Virus record (IMG/VR): IMGVR_UViG_2934748790_000001
Span: 44,058-108,057 of that record
Source: a virus
Taxonomy: Duplodnaviria; Caudoviricetes
DNA length: 64,000 nucleotides
Reading direction: 5' to 3' (one strand)
Shown here: piece by piece, positions 37,458 through 47,419 of the stretch
Numbering within the stretch: position 1 is the first letter of the stretch
Layout: each line of letters starts with the position of its first letter
The notes under the pieces: generated by a model
Told to the model about the DNA's origin: nothing
The model's database searches: none
The model's input: the letters and a program-made list of their open reading frames with translations, nothing else
Translations under genes and position numbers: made by a program

Positions 37458-38409
37458 ATTCTGGGAGAACCTGGCCGCGTTCTCCAACCCCGTCCCGCAA
37501 GATGTCGCCGGCGCCCTGCACCGACTGGGAATCGACGTCCTGCGCGAGGTGAACGGGGAAGAGTCAACGGAACTTCTTGCCCGCTGCCCCGCCCACCTTG
37601 CTCTCACCGGGCGCGCGGACCGCAGGCCCTCCTTCTCGGTGAACTCGGCCACCGGGCTCTTTCACTGCTTTTCGTGCGGCTACTCCGGGCCCTTCGTGCA
37701 ACTCGTGGAGGACGGGCTTGGGCACTCGCGGATCGACGCGTTCCGCTGGGTGGCACGCCACGGGGTATACCGCACTCAGGACGATCAGCAGCACACCCCC
37801 CGCAAAGAGCCAGAAGACCGGATCACAGAAGCCGCCCTTGCACTTTTCGAGCCGCCGCCGACCAGGGCCCTGGAATCTCGCGGTCTGACCGCCGAGTCGT
37901 GCGCCGCGCTCGGCGTTCTGTGGTGTCCGGTCAAAAAGCACTGGATTCTTCCGATCCGCGACCCCCAGACGGGGGAGCTGTGGGGCTGGCAGGAGAAGGG
38001 GAAACACTTCTTCCGAAACTACCCGCCTGGAATTTTCAAGTCGCGCACCCTTTTCGGTGACCTCTCCTGGCAGGGCCATAAGGCGCTCTTGCTGGAATCC
38101 CCCCTGGACACGGTGCGCGCCCATTCCCTCGGCATACCCGGCGCGTTCGCGGCGTTCGGCGCCCACGTCTCGGAGGCCCAGATGCGGTTGCTCAAATCGC
38201 GCTGCACCATCCTCGTCCTCGGCCTGGACAACGACGAGGCCGGCAACACCTCGCGTGACCGGATCTACACGCGCTGGCGTCCGCGCGGCCTCCCCATGCG
38301 GTTCCTCGACTACACCCACACCCGAGCGAAGGATCTGGGCGACATGGACGACGAGGCCGCCCAGGCGGCCTACGCCTCCGCCTGTCACCCGTGGCGCAGG
38401 AGGCGATGA
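37441..38409 (+). CDS. DNA primase (CHC2 zinc finger plus TOPRIM)
   Basis: CPAH..PSFSVN..FHCFSC; LLESPLD; LDNDEAG; KDLGD. Confidence 0.9.
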   Translation: MNSPTEFWENLAAFSNPVPQDVAGALHRLGIDVLREVNGEESTELLARCPAHLALTGRADRRPSFSVNSATGLFHCFSCGYSGPFVQLVEDGLGHSRIDAFRWVARHGVYRTQDDQQHTPRKEPEDRITEAALALFEPPPTRALESRGLTAESCAALGVLWCPVKKHWILPIRDPQTGELWGWQEKGKHFFRNYPPGIFKSRTLFGDLSWQGHKALLLESPLDTVRAHSLGIPGAFAAFGAHVSEAQMRLLKSRCTILVLGLDNDEAGNTSRDRIYTRWRPRGLPMRFLDYTHTRAKDLGDMDDEAAQAAYASACHPWRRRR

Positions 38410-39990
38410 ATGTTCACCGGCAAGCTATTTCCCTACCAGCACGAGGGCGTTGCCCGCATCCTGTCCGACCGCCGCCTTCTGGTGGCCTACTCGATGGGCA
38501 CCGGAAAGACCGTGCTCACCATCGCCGCCATGGAGGAGATGTTCGGGGAAGGCGACGTGCGCCGCTGCGTCATCCTGGTCCCGTCCTCCCTCAAATGGCA
38601 GTGGGCGCAGGCCATCGCACAGTTCACCGACACCCCCACCCGCACCGTGAAGCTGCGTGGCATGAAGCTGGTCGTCCCGGCCGAGGAAGTCTGCGTGGTC
38701 ATCAACGGCTCGAAGGCCCAACGCCAGAAGCAATGGCAGACGGCACAGCACGCGGAGTACATCGTCGCCTCCTACGGCTCCGTTCTGCACGACTGGAGTC
38801 AGCTCTGCGCCGTGCCGGCGGACGCTCTCGTGCTCGACGAAGCAACAGCCATCAAGAATTTCGCCGCCATGACGACGAAACGCATCAAAAAGCTCAGGCC
38901 CCCGGTGCGAATTGCCCTGACAGGAACGCCGGTTGAGAACCTGCCCGAGGAAGTCTTTTCCATCATGGAGTGGGTCAACTCCAAGATCCTCGGCCGCTGG
39001 GATCTGTTCGACAAGTCATTCATCCAGCGGAACTGGTTCGGTGCGGTCATCGGCTACAAGAACTTGGACCTGCTGAACCGCAACCTCCGGCGATCCATGA
39101 TCCGGAAATCGCGGATGGACCCCGAGGTGGCCAAGTACCTGCCCGAGGTTTCGGAGACCACGCGCCTGGTCCAACTCGACAAGACGACCCGCGCCATCTA
39201 CAAGGCCATCCTGGTCGACCTTCAGGACGCCATGCGCGAGCTGGCCGAGGGCGGCGACGACTTCGACGTAGCCGCGTACTACGCCGGCGTGAAGTCGGAG
39301 GGCAAAGGGGCACAAGGCAAGGTCATGGCGCGCATCCAGGCCGCCCGGATGCTGCTGGACCACCCACAGCTCCTGATGGACAGCGCTGTTGCCTATCACG
39401 AGGGCAAGGGGGGATCTAGGTACGCGGCCGACTTCGCCGCCTCCCGCACCGACCTGCCGGACCTCCACAGCTCCCCCAAGCTCACTGCTCTGGACGAGCT
39501 GGTGGCCACGATGGTCGCCGAAGGCGCGAAGGTCGCCGTCTTCACCGACTACCGGCGCATGCTGCCGTACCTCGTCGAGCGCCTGGAGAAGCACGGCGAC
39601 CTCGTGCAGTTCCACGGCCAGCTCAACGCAGACCAGAAAGCCGGCGCCGTCGCCAAGTTCAAGACGGACCCCGACTGCAAGCTATTTATCTCAACAAATG
39701 CCGGAGGGTACGGACTGGATCTGCCCGAAGCTCAGTACCTGATCAACTACGACCTCCCGTATTCGAACGGGGTACTGGCTCAGCGCAACACACGGCATGT
39801 CCGCGCCTCGTCGCAATTCGACCGGGTCCACGTCACCAACCTCGTGGTCGAGTCCACTATCGAGGAGCGTGTACAAGCCACCCTGAAGCTCCGCCAGTCT
39901 CTTTCCCTGGCAGTGATCGACGGCGCAGGGGCCGGAGAACTCGACATGGACGTGGAGTCCCTGTCAGAAAACATTTCCAGAACATTTTGA
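38410..39990 (+). CDS. SNF2-family helicase
   Basis: MGTGKT, LDEATAIKN, LTGTPVEN, AGGYGLDL. Confidence 0.9.
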   Translation: MFTGKLFPYQHEGVARILSDRRLLVAYSMGTGKTVLTIAAMEEMFGEGDVRRCVILVPSSLKWQWAQAIAQFTDTPTRTVKLRGMKLVVPAEEVCVVINGSKAQRQKQWQTAQHAEYIVASYGSVLHDWSQLCAVPADALVLDEATAIKNFAAMTTKRIKKLRPPVRIALTGTPVENLPEEVFSIMEWVNSKILGRWDLFDKSFIQRNWFGAVIGYKNLDLLNRNLRRSMIRKSRMDPEVAKYLPEVSETTRLVQLDKTTRAIYKAILVDLQDAMRELAEGGDDFDVAAYYAGVKSEGKGAQGKVMARIQAARMLLDHPQLLMDSAVAYHEGKGGSRYAADFAASRTDLPDLHSSPKLTALDELVATMVAEGAKVAVFTDYRRMLPYLVERLEKHGDLVQFHGQLNADQKAGAVAKFKTDPDCKLFISTNAGGYGLDLPEAQYLINYDLPYSNGVLAQRNTRHVRASSQFDRVHVTNLVVESTIEERVQATLKLRQSLSLAVIDGAGAGELDMDVESLSENISRTF

Positions 39991-40090
39991 GGCACTCGTC
40001 TGGCCGATTGGCGGTAATTTTATCGGCTCGTAGGGTTTCGGGCATGGAGCTTTCCGAGTAGCTCCTTCGCACCACCTACGGGAGCACTGC

Positions 40091-40561
40091 GTGCCTGACG
40101 AACCACACACCACGGCCGCCCCGGAACCCCAGCGCATTCCGTTCGACCCAATCATTCCCGTGTTCCGGGAATGGGCGACCCTCAAAGCCGAAGTAACCGA
40201 GCGCACCACTCGTCTGAACAAACTGCGCGACCGGGTGTCGGCTGCTGTCGAGCAGCGCGGCTATACCGACCACAAGGGGAGCCAGTACCTGGACCTGCCC
40301 TTCCCGGTCCCGGCCGGCGACACCGAGTACACCCGCATCAAGCGGGAACGCCGCGTGTCCATCATGGCCGACCCCGGGGCCGCCGAGCGCATCACCCGGG
40401 CCAAGGGCGATGCCATCTACCGGCGAGCATTCCCCCCGGTCCCCACCCTGGACGCGGACGAGCTTTTCGTACTCCTCCAGGAAGGGGTGCTCACCGAGGC
40501 CGAGATGGACGAAATCCTCGTCCAGCGGGAGACCTTCGCTTTCCGGGGACTGGCCACATGA
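40091..40561 (+). CDS. Hypothetical protein
   Basis: GGAG RBS; coding bias. Confidence 0.7.
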   Translation: MPDEPHTTAAPEPQRIPFDPIIPVFREWATLKAEVTERTTRLNKLRDRVSAAVEQRGYTDHKGSQYLDLPFPVPAGDTEYTRIKRERRVSIMADPGAAERITRAKGDAIYRRAFPPVPTLDADELFVLLQEGVLTEAEMDEILVQRETFAFRGLAT

Positions 40562-41025
40562 GCCCGATCCACCCCCCACGCCAGCCCTTGGACGTCTACC
40601 CCGGGACCTCCCGCCCCATCGGCGTCCCACACCCGGTGCAGGCACACGTCGGCTCTGCCGACACCGCCCGGTGGGACGACAACCCGGTGTACAAGAAGAT
40701 CAGCGGCTTCTACCGCGAATTCTTCGCCATCTCGCATCTGGCCAACGCCCTCGGCCGATCCACGAAAACGCTCTACAAGTGGGAAGCAGCTACCCCGCCG
40801 CTTTTCCCCCGGGCGACATGGATCTACAACGGCGAATCCAAGAACGGCCGCCGCCGCCTGTACACACGGCGTCAGATCGAAGGCGTTCTGGTCATCGCCT
40901 ACGAAGAGGGCGTCCTGTCCGGGACGAAGCGATTCGTCTCCCACACAGAGTTTCCGGCCCGCTGCGCCGAACTGTTCCAGCAGACGCGCGCCGTCATGCC
41001 CGACCCCATCCATGACTGGAGCTGA
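40558..41025 (+). CDS. MerR/Xis-like HTH DNA-binding protein
   Basis: ISHLANALGRSTKTLYKWE...GRRRLYT..QI. Confidence 0.7.
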   Translation: MSPIHPPRQPLDVYPGTSRPIGVPHPVQAHVGSADTARWDDNPVYKKISGFYREFFAISHLANALGRSTKTLYKWEAATPPLFPRATWIYNGESKNGRRRLYTRRQIEGVLVIAYEEGVLSGTKRFVSHTEFPARCAELFQQTRAVMPDPIHDWS

Positions 41026-41028
41026 ATC

Positions 41029-41784
41029 ATGCCCGAACCCCGCACGTACGGCCGACGCCGATCGCTCCCCGCACGCCCTGCCGAAGAGAGCGGTTCTAAG
41101 CAGGGACGGGGCGATGCCGCCCCCGCCTCACGCGACGCAGCCCCGCGTGAGGCGATCTCCGGGCGCGTGGTCGCAACGGGCGCTGGCCAGACCGCGATGG
41201 CGGGCTGGGACGACGTCGACAAGATCGCGTCGGCCGCCAGCGGTGACTTCTACCTCAAGGTCACCGAAAACCGCACCGTCATCAAGATCCTGTCCGACGG
41301 GCCCTTCGACGTGTACGCATCGCACTGGATCGACGAGATCGAGGACGGCTCCAAGTCGGTGCGCTGCTGGGCCAATTCGGAATGCCCGCTGTGCGGTATC
41401 GGGGACAAGGCCAAGCGCTTCAGCGCCTGCTTCGACGTCGTGTCCATGGAGGACCCGGACGCCCCAGCCATCAAGGTCTGGGAAGCAGGCATCAAGATCG
41501 CCCGCCAGCTCAAGGACATCGCGACCGATTCCAAGAGGGGCCCGCTGGACCGCGCCGACCTCTACTTCACCATCCGGAAGGAAACCAAGAAGAAAAGCGT
41601 GGAGTACACGCTGGAGCGTGTGAAGGAGAGGGACCTGGAGGAGGAGTACAACGTCCCGCCGCTCACCCACGAGGAGCTGGTGGAGTTCCTCTCCCAGCGC
41701 CACGAGTACGGAACCGTGGTCAAGGAGCCCCTGGACCAGGAGGCGATGGACGAAGTCGTCCACCTGCTGATGGAAGACGCCTGA
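41029..41784 (+). CDS. Single-stranded DNA-binding protein (gp32-like)
   Basis: HW...C....CPLC zinc motif, acidic C-terminus, upstream of polymerase. Confidence 0.7.
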   Translation: MPEPRTYGRRRSLPARPAEESGSKQGRGDAAPASRDAAPREAISGRVVATGAGQTAMAGWDDVDKIASAASGDFYLKVTENRTVIKILSDGPFDVYASHWIDEIEDGSKSVRCWANSECPLCGIGDKAKRFSACFDVVSMEDPDAPAIKVWEAGIKIARQLKDIATDSKRGPLDRADLYFTIRKETKKKSVEYTLERVKERDLEEEYNVPPLTHEELVEFLSQRHEYGTVVKEPLDQEAMDEVVHLLMEDA

Positions 41785-41806
41785 CAGGCGCTGCACCGCG
41801 AGGTAA

Positions 41807-41849
41807 GGCCCGCGCCGGCTCAACGAGTCCAGAACCGCCGGCGCGGGCC
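41807..41849 (+). terminator. 13-bp inverted repeat between SSB and polymerase genes
   Basis: GGCCCGCGCCGGC-N17-GCCGGCGCGGGCC. Confidence 0.5.
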
Positions 41850-41882
41850 CTTGTCATTTCCTACCACGGCGAGGGGTCTTCC

Positions 41883-43763
41883 GTGCAGCTCATCACCGAA
41901 ACGCGTCAGCTCGAACAAGCTGTCGCCAGTCTCCGTGGCCACGACGAATTCGCTTTCGACGTCGAAACCTTGGGTGATTACCGAGGGGTACCGGCGGTCA
42001 ACGAGACCGCTTGGATCTCCCTCGCCACACAGGGCGAGTGCTTTGTCATCCCCATGGGGCACCCCAACGGAAATCACCGGCTGCGAAAGGCGTCCCGGCG
42101 GAAGAACAAGTCCACGGGTGAGTGGGAGCAGATCACCGAACAGTGGGAGCCACCACCGAAGCAACTGCGCCCCAGCACAGTGTTCGATGCACTCGAAGAA
42201 CTCCTCTTCTCCGACCGGCGAAAGATTGCGCACAACGCTCCTTTCGACCTGCTGAGCGTCGCGAAATATTACGGCGGAAAGTTCCCTCCCCCGCCGTACG
42301 GGGACACAATCGTCGCGGCATGGATGCTCAACGAAAACCGGCCCCTTGGCCTCAAGTCGCTGGATAAAGAGCGCTGGGGCCTCGTCTACGACACCGAGGA
42401 GGTCGGCAAGTGCATTGAACGGCATCCCTTCGGCGCCGTCGCCGACTACTCCTACATGGATGCCAAAACCACCTGGCTCCATTGGCGCGACATGCGCCCG
42501 CGCATCACCATCGAGGGCCTGGAGGACATGTGGGCCCTCGAAATGGACGTCCTGCACTGCCTGCTGCACATGGGCGCCGGCGTGCCCATCGACATCGAAG
42601 CCCTTCAGCGGCTCCGCAGGGATCTTCGTCTGCGCTTGACCGGATGCGAGGCCGACGTCTACAAAGCCGCCGGCAGGGTCTTCAACATCGGCAGCACCCC
42701 GCAGAAGCAGAAAGTGCTCTACGAGGAGCAAGGGCTGCGCCCGCGCAAGCGCACCCCCAAGGGTGCTCCCAGTACGGACGCAGAGGCACTCGCCCCGTAC
42801 CAGGGGCGCAACGCGGTGGTCGACGCCATTCTGGCCTACCAGGAAACCGCTAAAATCCTGGGCACCTACGTGGAGGGCTATCTCGGGAACCCCGAAGAGG
42901 GAAAGCCGACCCAAATCTTCAACGGCCGCATCCACCCCATGCTCAAGCAGTACGGGACGGTCACGGGGCGTTTTAGCTGTTCGGCCCCCAACATCCAGAA
43001 CTGGCCCCGCGCGGAGACGGAGTGGGGCAAAGCCATCCGCGATCTCGTCGACCCCATCCTTGGTTTCGTCCTCCTTGTCGCCGACTACGCGCAGATCGAG
43101 CAGCGAATCCTCGCCCATTTCGCTGGAAAAGGCGCCCTCTGGCAGGGTTTCTGGGACGGGGTGGACGCACATACCGCGACCGCCGCAGCCGTATTCGGGG
43201 TCGCGCCCGAGGACGTCACCAAGCAGATGAGGCAGGTGGCCAAGGCCATCGCTTTCGCCATCGCCTACGGCGCCGGCCCCCAGAAAGTGGCCGACATGTC
43301 GCACACCACTCTGCGCCGGGCCAAGCAGATTCTCTCCACGCACGAACGAGAGTTCCCCGAGGTTTACCGGTACAAGACAAAACTGCTGCGCACAGTCCGC
43401 TCGCGCCGTCCGGAGCCGTACCTGCGCACGCTCCTCGGCCGCAAGCGCCGACTGCCGGACTTGCTGTCCCACGACAACTCGCGCCGCGCGAAGGCCGAAC
43501 GTCAGGTGGTCAACTCACACATGCAGGGTTCCAACGCGGATATCACCAAGCTCGCGATGGTGCGGCTGCACAAGAACCTGCTGCCGGGAATGCAGATCCT
43601 CCTCACGGTACACGACGAGATCGCGGTCATGTGCCCGGCGGACATCGCCGAGGAAGGGGCCAAGGTGCTGCACGACGCGATGGCAGGACCAGAAATGCAG
43701 CTCCTTTCCGTCCCGGTCACCACAGACGTAAAAATCTGCCGTCGCTGGAGTGAGGCGAAATAA
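41883..43763 (+). CDS. polA: Family A DNA polymerase with 3'-5' exonuclease
   Basis: FDVET, HNAPFD, TGRFS, ADYAQIE, RQVAKAIAFAIAYG, VHDE; GTG start inferred. Confidence 0.95.
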   Translation: MQLITETRQLEQAVASLRGHDEFAFDVETLGDYRGVPAVNETAWISLATQGECFVIPMGHPNGNHRLRKASRRKNKSTGEWEQITEQWEPPPKQLRPSTVFDALEELLFSDRRKIAHNAPFDLLSVAKYYGGKFPPPPYGDTIVAAWMLNENRPLGLKSLDKERWGLVYDTEEVGKCIERHPFGAVADYSYMDAKTTWLHWRDMRPRITIEGLEDMWALEMDVLHCLLHMGAGVPIDIEALQRLRRDLRLRLTGCEADVYKAAGRVFNIGSTPQKQKVLYEEQGLRPRKRTPKGAPSTDAEALAPYQGRNAVVDAILAYQETAKILGTYVEGYLGNPEEGKPTQIFNGRIHPMLKQYGTVTGRFSCSAPNIQNWPRAETEWGKAIRDLVDPILGFVLLVADYAQIEQRILAHFAGKGALWQGFWDGVDAHTATAAAVFGVAPEDVTKQMRQVAKAIAFAIAYGAGPQKVADMSHTTLRRAKQILSTHEREFPEVYRYKTKLLRTVRSRRPEPYLRTLLGRKRRLPDLLSHDNSRRAKAERQVVNSHMQGSNADITKLAMVRLHKNLLPGMQILLTVHDEIAVMCPADIAEEGAKVLHDAMAGPEMQLLSVPVTTDVKICRRWSEAK

Positions 43764-43785
43764 TGTTTACCTCTACCCTTGGGGC

Positions 43786-44160
43786 ATGCCCGACATTGAA
43801 CTCGAAGAAGCACCGGCCCTCTTCCGTGGAATGCTGCGCGACATTGTCGCGTGCAGCGACTACCAAGAGGTGTGCCGAAAGTTGGGCCTCGTGCCCGCCA
43901 GCCCTGACGTGGACCGCATCGAGCACTTGCTGTCGCACACCCGCATCGAAGAGTTCAACCGGGTCGCCACCGATGCGTTCAGGCACGCCGATGTCGCGGC
44001 GCTGGTGCTCTACCGGCTGTCACGCATTCACGACGAAGGCGAAGACGAGGCCGACTCCGAAGTGGAGCGGCAGATGTTCCAGGCGATCAGCCGCACAGCC
44101 GTGGCTACCGTCGTGGCGCATCTCCTCGAAAAGGGACGACTGGGAGTCTGTGATGTCTGA
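43786..44160 (+). CDS. Hypothetical protein (possibly leaderless)
   Basis: TACCCT -10-like hexamer 6 nt before ATG. Confidence 0.65.
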   Translation: MPDIELEEAPALFRGMLRDIVACSDYQEVCRKLGLVPASPDVDRIEHLLSHTRIEEFNRVATDAFRHADVAALVLYRLSRIHDEGEDEADSEVERQMFQAISRTAVATVVAHLLEKGRLGVCDV

Positions 44161-44575
44161 TTCCTTTTGGCTGGACAAGCTCCGGCAGTCCGGCGGTGCC
44201 CCGCCGCCGCCCCCGCCGGCAGCCCCCCGGGGCGGACTGACCCCCACGGGGGCCCCGTGGTGGGCTCATCCGACCTACACCCAGCCGCAGCAGCCTGCGC
44301 AGCCGCAGCAGCCCCCGGAGGCGCTCCAGCGGGCCTACCAGACCGAGAAGGCGCAGTCGGCCAGGCAGACCGATCTCTGCCCGAGCTGCCGCAGTGAGCA
44401 CTACTGGAGGCCGACCCCCAACACGGCCGCCACGTGCTTCGACTGCGGGTGGCCCGTTCAAAATTCGACGCAGGGTGTCGCGATCTCCAACAACTCCTCC
44501 GCGCCGACGCGGCAGTCCGTGCACCAGGCCAAGGGTTCGGGATACCAGCCGAACGTGATCGTGGGGCGGCTGTGA
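44153..44575 (+). CDS. Hypothetical Pro/Gln-rich zinc-ribbon protein
   Basis: CPSC...CFDC; GGAG RBS. Confidence 0.7.
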   Translation: MSDSFWLDKLRQSGGAPPPPPPAAPRGGLTPTGAPWWAHPTYTQPQQPAQPQQPPEALQRAYQTEKAQSARQTDLCPSCRSEHYWRPTPNTAATCFDCGWPVQNSTQGVAISNNSSAPTRQSVHQAKGSGYQPNVIVGRL

Positions 44576-44745
44576 CACGTCTGGTCACCCTGCTCACGGC
44601 CTTTTCTGTCGGCGCTGTCGCGGTCTTCATCGCCGTGGTGCCGCAGAGCAACGCCCTTGGCACGACGGACTCACCATCCCCAGGGGAGCCGGCCTGGACG
44701 CACGTCTGCCTAGGAATGGTGAGCGACCCCGAATGGTGTCAATAA
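44572..44745 (+). CDS. Small secreted or membrane peptide
   Basis: GTGA overlap; hydrophobic N-terminus. Confidence 0.45.
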   Translation: MTRLVTLLTAFSVGAVAVFIAVVPQSNALGTTDSPSPGEPAWTHVCLGMVSDPEWCQ

Positions 44746-44809
44746 GAATTTAAAATGCGTCACTCGTTTGGCGCTGTGCGGTATTTTTCGCCTTCCCTAC
44801 GGTCGGGAC

Positions 44810-45853
44810 ATGCCGCTCGATGATGAGGCCCGCGCGATCATGGCGCGGATCAACAAACAGCACCCAGGTTCAGTAATCGTCGCCTCGACAATGCCCGTCG
44901 TTCCCCGCTTCACCACGGGATCTCTGTCCCTGGACGTGATGCTCGCCGGGGGATGGCCGGGAAATCAGTGGAACGAGATTGTCGGTGCGGAGAGCAGCGG
45001 CAAATCGACCATCGTGCACAAGACCATCGCAGCGAACCAGGCACGTGACCCGGAGTTCCAGACCTTCTGGGTGGCGGCCGAGCACTACGACGCGGAGTGG
45101 GCCGCTGCCCTCGGAGTCGATGTCGACCGAGTCGCTGTCTATTCCACGAACGCGATGGAAGACGCCTACACAGCCATGCTGAAGGCTGCGGAATCCCGAG
45201 CTTTCGACGCGGTGGTGCTCGACTCCTACCCGGCCCTGGTCGCGGCCGACGAGGACGCCAAGGAGATGGACCAGGCGACCATCTCCGCCGGCGCCCGGGT
45301 CACCGGAAAGTTCTTCCGGAAGGTGGGCAGTGTGACCCGCCGCTCCCTGATCGACGCGGAGCGCCCACTGCTGGCGCTCATCATCAATCAGTGGCGCGAC
45401 CAGATCGGCGGTTGGTCCCCGTCCGGAATGACGCCGAAAACCTCGCCCGGCGGCAAGGCGAAGAACTACGCCTACTACACACGGATCGAAGCCTCCCGTA
45501 CCGAGTGGATCGATGAGAAGCGTCCGGGCGGGGGCGCGATGCGGGTCGGCCAGGTCATCAAGCTGAAGACCATCAAGTCGAAGTCAGCCGCACCGCAGCA
45601 GGTCGCGACCATCAAGTTCTACTTCGCGGATAGCGCCACGGGAATCCTCAAGGGCGAGTACGACACGACCGCCGAGATGGTCACCATGGGGATTTTTCAC
45701 GGTGTCATCGACCTCTCGGGCGGGTGGTACCGCTACCGCGAGAACCAGTGGCACGGCAAGGACAAGATGAACGCCGCGATCCGTCACGACCTCACCCTCC
45801 AGGAGCAACTCAGCGAAGACGTGCTGGACCGCGTTCGCCCCGGAGCGGCGTGA
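44810..45853 (+). CDS. recA: RecA-like recombinase
   Basis: TGSLSLD..L.GG.P, GAESSGKS, VLDS, INQ.R..IG, PGGKA. Confidence 0.93.
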   Translation: MPLDDEARAIMARINKQHPGSVIVASTMPVVPRFTTGSLSLDVMLAGGWPGNQWNEIVGAESSGKSTIVHKTIAANQARDPEFQTFWVAAEHYDAEWAAALGVDVDRVAVYSTNAMEDAYTAMLKAAESRAFDAVVLDSYPALVAADEDAKEMDQATISAGARVTGKFFRKVGSVTRRSLIDAERPLLALIINQWRDQIGGWSPSGMTPKTSPGGKAKNYAYYTRIEASRTEWIDEKRPGGGAMRVGQVIKLKTIKSKSAAPQQVATIKFYFADSATGILKGEYDTTAEMVTMGIFHGVIDLSGGWYRYRENQWHGKDKMNAAIRHDLTLQEQLSEDVLDRVRPGAA

Positions 45854-46167
45854 TGGACCGGCGGATCAAGACGTCACGCGACCAGGAGAAGCGTCTTGCC
45901 CAGAAACTCGGCGGCACCACGACAGCCGGGTCCGGAAACGGGTGGGCGGTGAAGAACGACGTCCGGAACGCGGACTGGTCGATCGAGTGCAAGACGACCG
46001 GAAGCTCACGCTTCACCTTGACCCACAGAGACCTGATCAACGCCGAGAAGAACGCGATTCTCGACCTGCGGGACATGGCCTTCGCGATCGAGATGTGCGG
46101 GCGCAGGTGGGTGGTCGTCTCGGAAGAATCCTTTCTGCGCCTCATTGAGAACGAGGAGGACGCCTAG
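45853..46167 (+). CDS. PD-(D/E)XK Holliday junction resolvase-like nuclease
   Basis: QEKRLA..GSG..KNDV..IECKTT. Confidence 0.75.
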   Translation: MDRRIKTSRDQEKRLAQKLGGTTTAGSGNGWAVKNDVRNADWSIECKTTGSSRFTLTHRDLINAEKNAILDLRDMAFAIEMCGRRWVVVSEESFLRLIENEEDA

Positions 46168-46532
46168 TGGGAATCCGTGCCGTAATCAACGCCCCGGACT
46201 GGTCCCCCGCTCACCACCGGGGAGAAGCGAAATGCCGCGACCACCGGCTCACACCCACCCGCGACAACGACGTCTTTTTCAACGACGAAGCCCTCGCGAT
46301 GGACATCTGCAACGGCATCTACGACGGCGTCGTATGCCCCCGCCGGGCTGACTGCCTGCACGTCGCCATGGTCAACCGGGAGGGCTACGGCATCTGGGGC
46401 GGGATGACGGCACGTGACCGCCTCGCCCTGCGCATGCGCAACCCCGGGGCGCCCGAGCGCTGGACCTGGCAACCGCCGAGCGAAGCGATCACCACCAACC
46501 TCCAGGAGTCGCAGTGGCCAGCCGCGTCGTAA
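46167..46532 (+). CDS. whiB: WhiB-family Fe-S transcription factor
   Basis: Four Cys and the GIWGG turn motif. Confidence 0.85.
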   Translation: MGIRAVINAPDWSPAHHRGEAKCRDHRLTPTRDNDVFFNDEALAMDICNGIYDGVVCPRRADCLHVAMVNREGYGIWGGMTARDRLALRMRNPGAPERWTWQPPSEAITTNLQESQWPAAS

Positions 46533-47419
46533 AGGGCGGTCCCCGCCTGACGGAGTACCTCAACGCCTCGAAGGCCGCCGAGCCCATCTGGGGCGACGTG
46601 CAGAAGCACGTCCTGGACCGGGCGGCCCAGCCCTCCGGCCGCGCCCAGGACGTCATGCACCCCTCCGAGATGGTGAAGCCGGACTGGTGTCACCTCGCGG
46701 CCTGGTACCGGTTGAAGCTGGAGGCCGAGCCGCCGGACCGCAAGAGGACCACCTTCGTCCGCGAAAACATCTTCCAGGAGGGCCACCAGACGCACGACAA
46801 GTGGCAGAGCTGGCTCGTCCAGATGGGCCGTCTTGCCGGTGACTGGCACTGCCTGTACTGCGACGCCTTTTTCTGGCTCGACACCACCCCCGGTTGCTGC
46901 CATGAATGCGGTGCCCCACCATCCTGCCTGAAATATGCCGAGGTTCCCCTGAATTCCACCGCCCTGAGAATCGGCGGCAAGGCTGACGGGTACGACCCGG
47001 AAGAGTGCGCTCTCATCGAAATCAAAACTCTCGGCCTGGGAAGCCTGCGTTTCGAGCGCCCGGACTTCCTCGCCCGGTACGAGGTGGAAACGGACCACGG
47101 GAAGGTACACGACATCAACCGGCTGTGGCGCGATTTCCGCCGCCCGCTGCCCAGCGCCATCCGGCAGACCCAGTTGTACATGTACCTCGCGACACATTTC
47201 GAGGACCTGCCGTGCGACCGGTGCGTGTTTTTTTATGATTTCAAGAGCACGCAGGAAACAAAGTGTTTCACCGTCCAGTACGACGAGCGCTTCTCGGAAC
47301 CCCTGATCGAAGCCGCCGCAGCCATCGTGGACTGTGTGGCCGCAGACACTCCCCCGCACTGCAATCTGAACGGCCGCGCCGGCTGCGCGAGCTGCATCGA
47401 ATTCAAGGAGACGACGTGA
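46514..47419 (+). CDS. Cas4-like exonuclease
   Basis: PSE..C, G..H, GKADG, IEIKT, Q.QLY, C-terminal Cys cluster. Confidence 0.8.
   Translation: MASRVVKGGPRLTEYLNASKAAEPIWGDVQKHVLDRAAQPSGRAQDVMHPSEMVKPDWCHLAAWYRLKLEAEPPDRKRTTFVRENIFQEGHQTHDKWQSWLVQMGRLAGDWHCLYCDAFFWLDTTPGCCHECGAPPSCLKYAEVPLNSTALRIGGKADGYDPEECALIEIKTLGLGSLRFERPDFLARYEVETDHGKVHDINRLWRDFRRPLPSAIRQTQLYMYLATHFEDLPCDRCVFFYDFKSTQETKCFTVQYDERFSEPLIEAAAAIVDCVAADTPPHCNLNGRAGCASCIEFKETT

Noticed and set aside
38830-38850. DEAT instead of DEAH in the SNF2 helicase
   Set aside because: Within normal variation for phage SNF2-like helicases
41382-41882. N-terminal extension or intein in the polymerase ORF
   Set aside because: It overlaps the SSB gene out of frame; polymerase motifs begin after GTG 41883 and are continuous
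46514-47419. Cas4-like gene as a sign of CRISPR-Cas
   Set aside because: No repeat-spacer array or other cas genes; standalone Cas4-like nucleases are common in phages
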